This document shows positions 23,604 to 30,202 of a stretch of 32,000 nt of DNA, piece by piece. The DNA comes from Acidothermus cellulolyticus 11B (GTDB lineage Bacteria > Actinomycetota > Actinomycetes > Acidothermales > Acidothermaceae): NCBI RefSeq assembly GCF_000015025.1, contig NC_008578.1, positions 900,001 to 932,000 of the forward strand. The letters are read 5' to 3'. Positions within the stretch are counted from its first letter, which is position 1, and each line of letters begins with the position of its first letter. The notes beneath the pieces are model-generated. The model was not told the DNA's origin. It saw only the letters and a list, made by a program, of their open reading frames with translations, and did no database searches. The translations under genes and the position numbers were made by a program.

Positions 23604-24845
23604 ATGCGAAAGATAGCCGTGCGAGAGGTCTACGTCGGCCGCCAGCCGATCGTCGATCGTGAGCTGACGGTGCTCGGGTACGAGCTGCTCTTCCGGCACG
23701 GTCCGCACGCCCTCCGCGCCGCCGCCGACGATGATCGCGCTACCGGCCGGATCATCGTCAATACCTTCGCCGAGCTCGGACTGCAACGGTTGGTCGGCAG
23801 CCGGCTTGGCTTCATCAACGTGACCCGGCCCTTCCTCGTCGGGACCTTGCCGCTGCCGTTCGCGCCCGCCGACGTCGTCCTGGAAATTCTGGAAACGGTC
23901 GTCATCGACGACGACTTGCTCGACGGCGTACGACGCCTCCGCGCGGGCGGATACCGACTCGCGCTCGACGATTTCCGGGCTGACGACGCCGAGCGGGTGC
24001 GCCGGTTGCTTCCGCTGGTCGATTACGTGAAGGTCGACGTGCTCGACCAGTCACCGTCGGCGATCGCGCGGAGCGTCGAGTACTGCCGAAAGTGCTCGGG
24101 TGCCCGTCCGCCGGCGCTCATCGCCGAGCGGGTCGAGTCACTGCCGGTGATGCGCGACTGCGTCAACCTGGGATTCTCGTATTTCCAGGGATATCTGCTG
24201 GGCCGGCCGGCTACGGTGTCCAGCCCGACGCTGTCGCCAGCGACGGTCACCTGCATGGAATTGCTCAACCGCCTCGCCAAGCCGGACATCACGTACGACG
24301 AGCTGGAAGAAATCGTCCGGATGGACGTCGGTCTGAGCTACCGGGTGCTCCGCGCGGTCAACTCGGCGGCCGCTGGCCTGGTCCGTCCGATCTCCTCGGT
24401 GCGGGAGGCGCTTGTCCTCCTCGGACACCGGCAACTGCGCGCCTGGGTGCTGCTCATGGTCCTCGCCGATGCCAGCGACATCGTGGAAGAGCAGTTGTCG
24501 GTCGCGATGACGCGGGCGCGGATGTGTGAGCTGCTCACGGCGTACCTTCCGGGCGCGAATCCCGACGCGGCCTTCCTCACCGGGCTGCTCTCGAGCCTTG
24601 ACTTTCTCCTCGGCGTACCGATGACCGAGGTCGTTGCCCGGCTGCCGCTGGACGACACGATCGCCCGCGCCCTTGTCGACGGCGAGGGGCCGCTAGGGGA
24701 GATTGTGCGGATCGCGAAGGCGTACGAGGTGGCCGACCTCGAGACCCTTGCGCTCTGCCCGGTGGATCTTGCTGATCTGGCGCCGGCCTATTTGAACGCC
24801 TTGGCCTGGTCCATGGCCACGGTTGGCGAAGCGGTCACGGCCTAA
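23604..24845 (+). CDS. EAL + HDOD domain protein (c-di-GMP signalling; EAL partly degenerate)
   Basis: 413-aa ORF. The EAL region has 'RQPIVDRELTVLGYELLFR', 'INVTRPFL', 'LEILET', 'LDDFRAD' (degenerate DDFGTG), 'VKVD' and 'FQGYLLGRP'. The HDOD-like region is 'YRVLRAVNSAAAGLVRPISSVREALVLLGHRQLRAWVLLMV'. Confidence 0.8.
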   Translation: MRKIAVREVYVGRQPIVDRELTVLGYELLFRHGPHALRAAADDDRATGRIIVNTFAELGLQRLVGSRLGFINVTRPFLVGTLPLPFAPADVVLEILETVVIDDDLLDGVRRLRAGGYRLALDDFRADDAERVRRLLPLVDYVKVDVLDQSPSAIARSVEYCRKCSGARPPALIAERVESLPVMRDCVNLGFSYFQGYLLGRPATVSSPTLSPATVTCMELLNRLAKPDITYDELEEIVRMDVGLSYRVLRAVNSAAAGLVRPISSVREALVLLGHRQLRAWVLLMVLADASDIVEEQLSVAMTRARMCELLTAYLPGANPDAAFLTGLLSSLDFLLGVPMTEVVARLPLDDTIARALVDGEGPLGEIVRIAKAYEVADLETLALCPVDLADLAPAYLNALAWSMATVGEAVTA

Positions 24846-24871
24846 TCCGGCTCGAGATCCCGGCTCACCGG

Positions 24872-25171
24872 CTAAGCCGGCTCCGGGTGGGATCCTGCCG
24901 CACCGGCTGGCGGCGTCTGCCGCGCGCGTGACCGCACCTTCGGGACCTCGGACAGATCCTCGGCGAGGGTCTCCACCGCCGCCGAGGACGGCGATGCGGC
25001 AGCCCGGTTGGCACGTTGCAGTTCGAGGAAAACCTCTTCGCGGTGGACGTCGACGTCGCGGGGGGCTTTGATGCCGAGCCGGACCAGGTCGGATCGGACC
25101 TCCAGCACGGTTACGGTCACATCTTGCCCGATCATGATGCTTTCGCCAACGCGGCGGCTGAGCACGAGCAC
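24872..25171 (-). CDS. csrA: Carbon storage regulator CsrA (flagellar type, extended C-terminal tail)
   Basis: GTG start with GGAGGGA upstream. 'MLVLSRRVGESIMIGQDVTVTVLEVRSDLVRLGIKAPRDVDVHREEV' is a near-canonical CsrA fold sequence. About 45 extra C-terminal residues follow. Confidence 0.9.
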   Translation of the reverse strand: MLVLSRRVGESIMIGQDVTVTVLEVRSDLVRLGIKAPRDVDVHREEVFLELQRANRAAASPSSAAVETLAEDLSEVPKVRSRARQTPPAGAAGSHPEPA

Positions 25172-25378
25172 CCGGCGCTCCCTCCATGGTCGGCCAGTCG
25201 GCCGATTCTAACCGACGTCCCGGGTTCGTGCCGGACGGTCGCGCGGGGCTGTCGAAGTGGGCGACGAGCTGGTTAGACGCGGGAAGTGACAGAAGTGCGC
25301 GCGGCGCGCGGCGGAGGAGTGCCGGACGATGGCGTGGAGCGCGGGGGAGGCCCGCCGGTCGCGGGGCTGTCGATCGGG

Positions 25379-25873
25379 TCAGGTCGGTCGGCGGAGCGGT
25401 TCGCGCAGCGAGTATCCGCTGCCGACCAGCGGCACCTGACTCGCCATCCCGGTGTGCACGTTGACGACGATCGGTGCAAAGAGGTTCGCCGTCGTCTCCG
25501 CGATGGTCGGTCCGACGGTGAGGAGCACGAGCAGGACGGCGTCCGCCGAGCTGGTCAACTCCAGCCGTTCCGCCGTTTCGTCATCGATTTCCGGGGCGTA
25601 CTCCGGGAAGAACGGAAACGGCGCCGCCGCGACAAACTCCAGACCGGGCAGGTCGAGGCAGACCATCCGGAACAGCAACGGCGTGTCCGGCCGGACGCGG
25701 ACCAGGGCAAAGCGGTGGGCGTCGGGAAAGCCGGCCAGTGACCCGGCCACATTGATAATCGGTACGTCGACCGCGGTCGCTGTCACCGTCGTCCTCCGAT
25801 CTGCCGTGTACGGCACGTTCGTCCCATTCCGTTGCCCGGTTGCGGCATTCCGTCCATTGACCGGTTGCGCCAT
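25379..25873 (-). CDS. fliW: Flagellar assembly factor FliW
   Basis: The start is taken as ATG 25873 (MAQPVNG...), which leaves a 10-nt gap after the flgL stop codon (25884-25886). The track start at 25936 would overlap flgL. FliW-like segments are 'GSLAGFPDAHRFALV', 'FVAAAPFPFFPEYAPEI' and 'TANLFAPIVVNVHTGMASQV'. Confidence 0.8.
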   Translation of the reverse strand: MAQPVNGRNAATGQRNGTNVPYTADRRTTVTATAVDVPIINVAGSLAGFPDAHRFALVRVRPDTPLLFRMVCLDLPGLEFVAAAPFPFFPEYAPEIDDETAERLELTSSADAVLLVLLTVGPTIAETTANLFAPIVVNVHTGMASQVPLVGSGYSLREPLRRPT

Positions 25874-25883
25874 CCGCCTTCTG

Positions 25884-26780
25884 CTATCGCAGGAAATCTG
25901 TGAGCGACATTTGCAGCACCCGGGCCATCGCGGCAAGGGACGCCTGGTAGCTGACCTGCTGCATGGTCAGCTCGGTGACGGCCTGGGCCGTGTCCACGTC
26001 CTGGACGTCGGACAGGTTCCCGGTGAGCGTGTTGAGCTTCTGACCCGCGGCGTTATTCATGGCGGTGATCCGGTTGTACGCCGCACCCTCCGTCGCCTGG
26101 GCGCTCGTCATGCGGTCGAGGGCGCCGGCGATGAGGGAGAGGTCGTTGCTCAGATTTCCGGGATTGTTCTGCAGGTCGGACGCGATGGTGTCAAACATGG
26201 TGAAGACGTCATTTCCCGGGGGGCCGAACGCCTGGGCGGCGTCGATATTCACCTTGACCTGGACATTATCCCCGACCGTCCGCAGCACGGAGCCGGTATC
26301 ACCTTGGTACACAACGGTTCCCGAGCCGTTGACGGCGTACGCGACGGGACTTGATGTCGTCCCGCCGAAGATCGGCCGGTTCTGGTACGTCGTATTGGCC
26401 ACCGCCAGCATTTGTTCTTTGAGGCTCTTCACTTCTTCCAGAATGCTGGCGCGGGCGGTCGCGTCGGCGGTTCCGGTATTTGCGGCCTGCGTCGTGAGCA
26501 CCTGGAGACGCTGCAGGATGTTGACCCCGGTCTGCAAGGCGTTGTCGGCGATGCCGAGCCAGGCCAGGCCGTCGTTGGCATTCCGCTGATACTGCTTGGT
26601 CCGGGCGATTTGTTCGTTGAAGAGCATCGCCTGGCCGGTGCCGACCGGGTCGTCCGACGGCTTGCTGATGCGTCGTCCTGAACTGAGCTGCTGCTCCAAG
26701 GTGCTCAGCCGTGAACTGCTGGACTGCAAACCCGCCAGCATCAGCGACGTAACCGCATTCTGGGTGACCCGTAGGCTCAT
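25884..26780 (-). CDS. flgL: Flagellar hook-associated protein 3, FlgL
   Basis: 298-aa ORF. It has a flagellin-like N-terminus 'MSLRVTQNAV...LSTLEQQLSSGRRISKPSDDPVG' and C-terminus 'QVSYQASLAAMARVLQMSLTDFLR'. It lies downstream of flgK. Confidence 0.85.
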   Translation of the reverse strand: MSLRVTQNAVTSLMLAGLQSSSSRLSTLEQQLSSGRRISKPSDDPVGTGQAMLFNEQIARTKQYQRNANDGLAWLGIADNALQTGVNILQRLQVLTTQAANTGTADATARASILEEVKSLKEQMLAVANTTYQNRPIFGGTTSSPVAYAVNGSGTVVYQGDTGSVLRTVGDNVQVKVNIDAAQAFGPPGNDVFTMFDTIASDLQNNPGNLSNDLSLIAGALDRMTSAQATEGAAYNRITAMNNAAGQKLNTLTGNLSDVQDVDTAQAVTELTMQQVSYQASLAAMARVLQMSLTDFLR

Positions 26781-26799
26781 CGGCTGCTCCGTCCGTCCA

Positions 26800-28191
26800 T
26801 CAGGCGAGTGTGTGATTAATGAGCGTGTCGAGAATCGAGTCGATCACGCTGAGGTATTTGGCCGCCGCATCATACGCGTGCTGGAACGTGATGAGATTGG
26901 TCTGCTCCTCATCGAGGTCGACCCCGGAGGCGGAATCGCGCGACGCCTCTACCTGGTTGACGACGCTCTGCTGCGTCGTCGTGCGCTGCTGAATGGTGTT
27001 GGACTCCGACCCGAGCGCAACAATCATCTTTCGGTACGCCGCATCCGCGCCCGTGCCTGACATGTTCGCCAACGCCTGGGCGTTCCCGCCGTCCAGGCTC
27101 GGCTGGCCGGCGCTGGGTGGGACGGAGGACGCGGCGACCAGAGCCGGATCAGTGATCGCCACTTTGATGGTGGCCGCCGTAGTGCCGGTTGGATCGAAGA
27201 AATTCCCGCCGGCGTTGCCGTTCAGGTCGTATCCGAGCTGGTGTTGGGTGTTCACCGTGGTGACCAGCTGGTTGGCGACACTGTCGAGCTGACCGGCGTA
27301 CGACGGGATCGTCACGTTGAGCGCCGTGAGCAGCGCCGCTCCCTGGCCGGAGCTCACCGCGGCCGTTGTCCCGGTATCGGTCCAGGTCAGGGTGACGGGT
27401 GTCGTCGAAACCTGGTCGATGGCCGTTCCGCCGCCGAGCTGAAGCTGGCGCGCGAGACTACCGGAAACAAGCGACGATCCGCCCAGCAGGACGTCCGTGG
27501 ATCCGTCGGTCTTCGGTTTTGTCGTCACACCGACGAGGCTTGCCAGCTTGCGGATGAGCACGTCACGCTGGTCTTCCAGGTCGTTGGGTTGGTTGCCGGC
27601 ACTGGTGGCCGCGACAATCGCCTTGTTGAGCGCGGCGATGTCTTGTGCCGCGGCGTTGACTTGGTCGACGACGGATTGCAGTGACTGGCGGGAGGACGCC
27701 CATTGCGCGGACAGCGCGCCGGCCGCGACATTCAAGCCGCTGGCCAGCGCCTGCGCGTCACCGATGAGTGCGGTGCGAGCCGCGGTGTCCGCTGGGTTGT
27801 TCGCCACGTCGTCCCAGCCGTTCCAGAAGGTGGTGAGCAACGATTGGATGCCCGTCGTGCTCGGCTCGCCGAAGGAATTCTCAATGTCGGCAAGGGTCTG
27901 CTGGCTGCCCTGCAGAAACGCCAGTGTGCCGTTCTCCGTATTCGCCCGCTGTTCGAGGAAGGCGTTCTGCAGCCGCTGCACCTCGGAGACCACGACACCT
28001 GCGCCGACCCCGTCGGATCGGGAATACATCGCCGGGACGACCGAGCCGCCGATGCCTTGAAAAACCGCACGCTGCCGGGTGTAACCGCTCGTGCTCGCGT
28101 TGGCGATGTTCTGTCCGGTGACTTCGAGCGCCTTGCGTTCCGCTTGCAGCGCGGTCAGCGCCGTGGATAACGATCCGAATTCGGTGCCCAT
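26800..28191 (-). CDS. flgK: Flagellar hook-associated protein 1, FlgK
   Basis: 463-aa ORF. The N-terminus is 'FGSLSTALTALQAERKALEVTGQNIANASTSGYTRQ'. The C-terminus 'SGVDLDEEQTNLITFQHAYDAAAKYLSVID' is typical of FlgK. Confidence 0.9.
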   Translation of the reverse strand: MGTEFGSLSTALTALQAERKALEVTGQNIANASTSGYTRQRAVFQGIGGSVVPAMYSRSDGVGAGVVVSEVQRLQNAFLEQRANTENGTLAFLQGSQQTLADIENSFGEPSTTGIQSLLTTFWNGWDDVANNPADTAARTALIGDAQALASGLNVAAGALSAQWASSRQSLQSVVDQVNAAAQDIAALNKAIVAATSAGNQPNDLEDQRDVLIRKLASLVGVTTKPKTDGSTDVLLGGSSLVSGSLARQLQLGGGTAIDQVSTTPVTLTWTDTGTTAAVSSGQGAALLTALNVTIPSYAGQLDSVANQLVTTVNTQHQLGYDLNGNAGGNFFDPTGTTAATIKVAITDPALVAASSVPPSAGQPSLDGGNAQALANMSGTGADAAYRKMIVALGSESNTIQQRTTTQQSVVNQVEASRDSASGVDLDEEQTNLITFQHAYDAAAKYLSVIDSILDTLINHTLA

Positions 28192-28192
28192 C

Positions 28193-28678
28193 TTAGATGG
28201 CCTCGTCCAGAAGGCGCGGCGACCGTGTGGTGCTCTGCAGCCGGCCGGTCGCGGTGTAACCGTCGGCGGTGGCGCCGCGGAGACTGCGCAAGGCGGCTTC
28301 CGCCGAGTGGTACGCCGACGTCACGAATTCCCGGTTTGCTTCAGCAAGCGAGGTGATTTCCTGCGTGAGCCGGAGAAACGCTTCCCGATGTGCGCGCAGC
28401 AGATCGCTCCACGGGGGAGGGGCGGCGTCCGCGAGCTGGGCGAGACTCGGATTCGGTTCCAGGCCGAGGGTCGCCGCCACCGCGTCCACTTCCACTGCTC
28501 GGGTAAGCTCGGTGAGCCGGATTTGTTCGAGAACCAGCTCGACCTCCCGGGTGGCGCGCGCCAACCATCGTGCCTTGCCGGCGGCGAGGAGCAGCTGCTC
28601 CTCCTCCAACTTGAAGAGCAGGACGTCGAGCAGCTCTCGCTCACGCCAGAGGATGTCGGAGACCTCGGCGAGGCCCAT
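28193..28678 (-). CDS. flgN: FlgN-like flagellar export chaperone
   Basis: 'ILWRERELLDVLLFKLEEEQLLLAAG' is a FlgN-like helical N-terminus. The preferred start is ATG 28678, preceded by GAGGAGGTG with a 7-nt spacer. The track start at 28720 lacks an obvious RBS. The stop is coupled to flgK (TAAgATG). Confidence 0.6.
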   Translation of the reverse strand: MGLAEVSDILWRERELLDVLLFKLEEEQLLLAAGKARWLARATREVELVLEQIRLTELTRAVEVDAVAATLGLEPNPSLAQLADAAPPPWSDLLRAHREAFLRLTQEITSLAEANREFVTSAYHSAEAALRSLRGATADGYTATGRLQSTTRSPRLLDEAI

Positions 28679-28796
28679 CCGATACACCTCCTCGTCGGGG
28701 TCCTCGGTTGCTTCGCCCATCGGCGGTCCCGGTAGCGAGCTGAGCGGTTTTGCCGCGTTGTGTGTTGGGCCGTTCGGGTGAGGTACGACGGTCCGC

Positions 28797-28823
28797 TAAG
28801 GTCACGGCACCGGTGTCCGATGG
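28797..28823 (+). promoter_or_regulatory. Sigma-28 (FliA/WhiG/SigD)-type promoter for fliC
   Basis: TAAG-N15-TCCGATGG compares with the consensus TAAA-N15-GCCGATAA. It lies about 88 nt upstream of the fliC ATG. Confidence 0.45.
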
Positions 28824-28863
28824 TGTCGCTGGCCGGAAATTCCCACCGGCCACCGATCCAGCA

Positions 28864-28905
28864 AGCCCACGGATGGGCTGCCGCGACCCTAGATCAAGGA
28901 GGAAC
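28864..28905 (+). promoter_or_regulatory. Candidate CsrA binding sites in the fliC 5' leader (GGA hairpin plus SD-overlapping GGA)
   Basis: A perfect hairpin AGCCCA-CGGA-TGGGCT (28864-28879) presents GGA in the tetraloop. CACGGATG is close to the CsrA consensus ACA-GGA-UG. A second motif, ATCAAGGAGGAAC (28892-28904), overlaps the Shine-Dalgarno sequence. Confidence 0.45.
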
Positions 28906-28910
28906 AAGCC

Positions 28911-30110
28911 ATGGGTCTGCGCATCAACACCAACGTCGACGCACTCGACGCCTACCGGAACCTCTCGATGACGCAGAGCAAGCTGTCGGACAGCTTGCAG
29001 AAGCTCTCCAGTGGTTACCGGATCAACAAGGCTGCGGACGACGCAGCCGGTCTGTCCATCAGCCAGAAATTGCAGGCACAGATCGGCGGTCTCCAGCAAG
29101 CCGTGAAGAACGCTCAGGATGGAATCAACGTCGTGCAGACCGCCGACGGCGCCCTCAATGAGGTGCAGTCGATTCTGCAGCGCATGAACGTCCTTGCCGT
29201 GCAGGCGGCGAACACCGGTTCACAAGACCAAGCCGCCCGCCAAGCCGCGCAAACGGAAATCCAGCAGCTGAACGCTGACCTCGACGCGATCGGCAACAAC
29301 ACGCAGTTCGGTCAGAGCAAGCTCCTCGACGGATCGTTCGGCAGCTCGGCGGCGGCGAAGAGCTTTGCGGTCAGCGGTGGCTCGGTCACGGCGGCGACCG
29401 CCAGCTTCAAGATTTCCGGCACCTTCAACGGCGTCGCCTTGGCAAACGCCACGGTCAACGTCGCCAACGGTACCTACAGCACCGCCAGTTCGTTGCAGAC
29501 CGCATTGCAGAACGGGATCGACGCGACTCTCACCGCCAACGGCATCACCGCCGGTGCAGTGCAGGCCAGCGTGACCGACGAGGGCAACGGTGTCTGGAAG
29601 GTGACCCTGAGCTCGTCCGCGGTGGGCGCCGGTAACACGTTCTCCACGTCTGCGACGACGGGCCTCACCGACGGTAACGGCAATGCCGTCAGCCTCAACG
29701 GCACGACCTCGGCGCAGGGCTCCGGCGGTGGTGTGTTCCAGATCGGCGCCCAGGCCGGCCAAACCCAGACTGTCCAGATCGGGGCGGTGAGCGCCAACGC
29801 GCTTGGGACCGACACCATCGACCTGGTCAACAACGCAAGCGCTGCTATCGCGACGATCGCGAGCGCTATTACGACCGTGTCGACCGAGCGGTCCAGCCTC
29901 GGTGCATACCAGAACGGGTTCCAGCACATCATCAACAACCTGAATGTGACAGTGGAGAACCTGCAGGCGTCCAACTCCACCATCCAGGACACCGATATGG
30001 CCCAAGAGATGGTGCACTTCACGCAGGCGCAGGTTCTTCAGCAGGCCGGTGTGTCGATGCTGGCGCAGGCCAACGTCGAAACGCAGGCTGTCCTGAAGCT
30101 GCTGCAGTAG
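28911..30110 (+). CDS. fliC: Flagellin
   Basis: 399-aa ORF. The N-terminus is 'MGLRINTNVDALDAYRNLSMTQSKLSDSLQKLSSGYRINKAADDAAGLSIS'. The C-terminus is 'LGAYQNGFQHIINNLNVTVENLQASNSTIQDTDMAQEMVHFTQAQVLQQAGVSMLAQAN'. The central domain is Ser/Thr/Gly/Ala-rich. Confidence 0.95.
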   Translation: MGLRINTNVDALDAYRNLSMTQSKLSDSLQKLSSGYRINKAADDAAGLSISQKLQAQIGGLQQAVKNAQDGINVVQTADGALNEVQSILQRMNVLAVQAANTGSQDQAARQAAQTEIQQLNADLDAIGNNTQFGQSKLLDGSFGSSAAAKSFAVSGGSVTAATASFKISGTFNGVALANATVNVANGTYSTASSLQTALQNGIDATLTANGITAGAVQASVTDEGNGVWKVTLSSSAVGAGNTFSTSATTGLTDGNGNAVSLNGTTSAQGSGGGVFQIGAQAGQTQTVQIGAVSANALGTDTIDLVNNASAAIATIASAITTVSTERSSLGAYQNGFQHIINNLNVTVENLQASNSTIQDTDMAQEMVHFTQAQVLQQAGVSMLAQANVETQAVLKLLQ

Positions 30111-30120
30111 CGCACCGTTC

Positions 30121-30156
30121 GGTGGGGCGACGACAACCCCCGGCCGTCGCCCCACC
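30121..30156 (+). terminator. Stem-loop (12-bp perfect stem) after fliC; likely intrinsic terminator/attenuator without a U-tract
   Basis: GGTGGGGCGACG (30121-30132) and CGTCGCCCCACC (30145-30156) flank a 12-nt loop. The stem starts 10 nt after the fliC stop. No T-run follows, which is common in high-GC actinobacteria. Confidence 0.55.
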
Positions 30157-30202
30157 GGCCGCTCTCGTCAGCTAGAAACGTCCAGACTTGGGAGATCGTC
30201 CG

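Noticed and set aside
24843-24888. Four CCGGCT hexamers (24847, 24860, 24868, 24877) between and within the convergent EAL-HDOD and csrA 3' ends, considered as a bidirectional terminator
   Set aside because: Only 6-bp CCGGCT/AGCCGG pairings are possible, with awkward loops. Part of the run lies inside the csrA coding tail. There is no U-tract.
25874-25936. An upstream start (25936) for fliW
   Set aside because: It would overlap the flgL 3' end by 53 nt and add a Cys/Arg-rich leader. ATG 25873 lies just downstream of the flgL stop and gives a typical FliW length.
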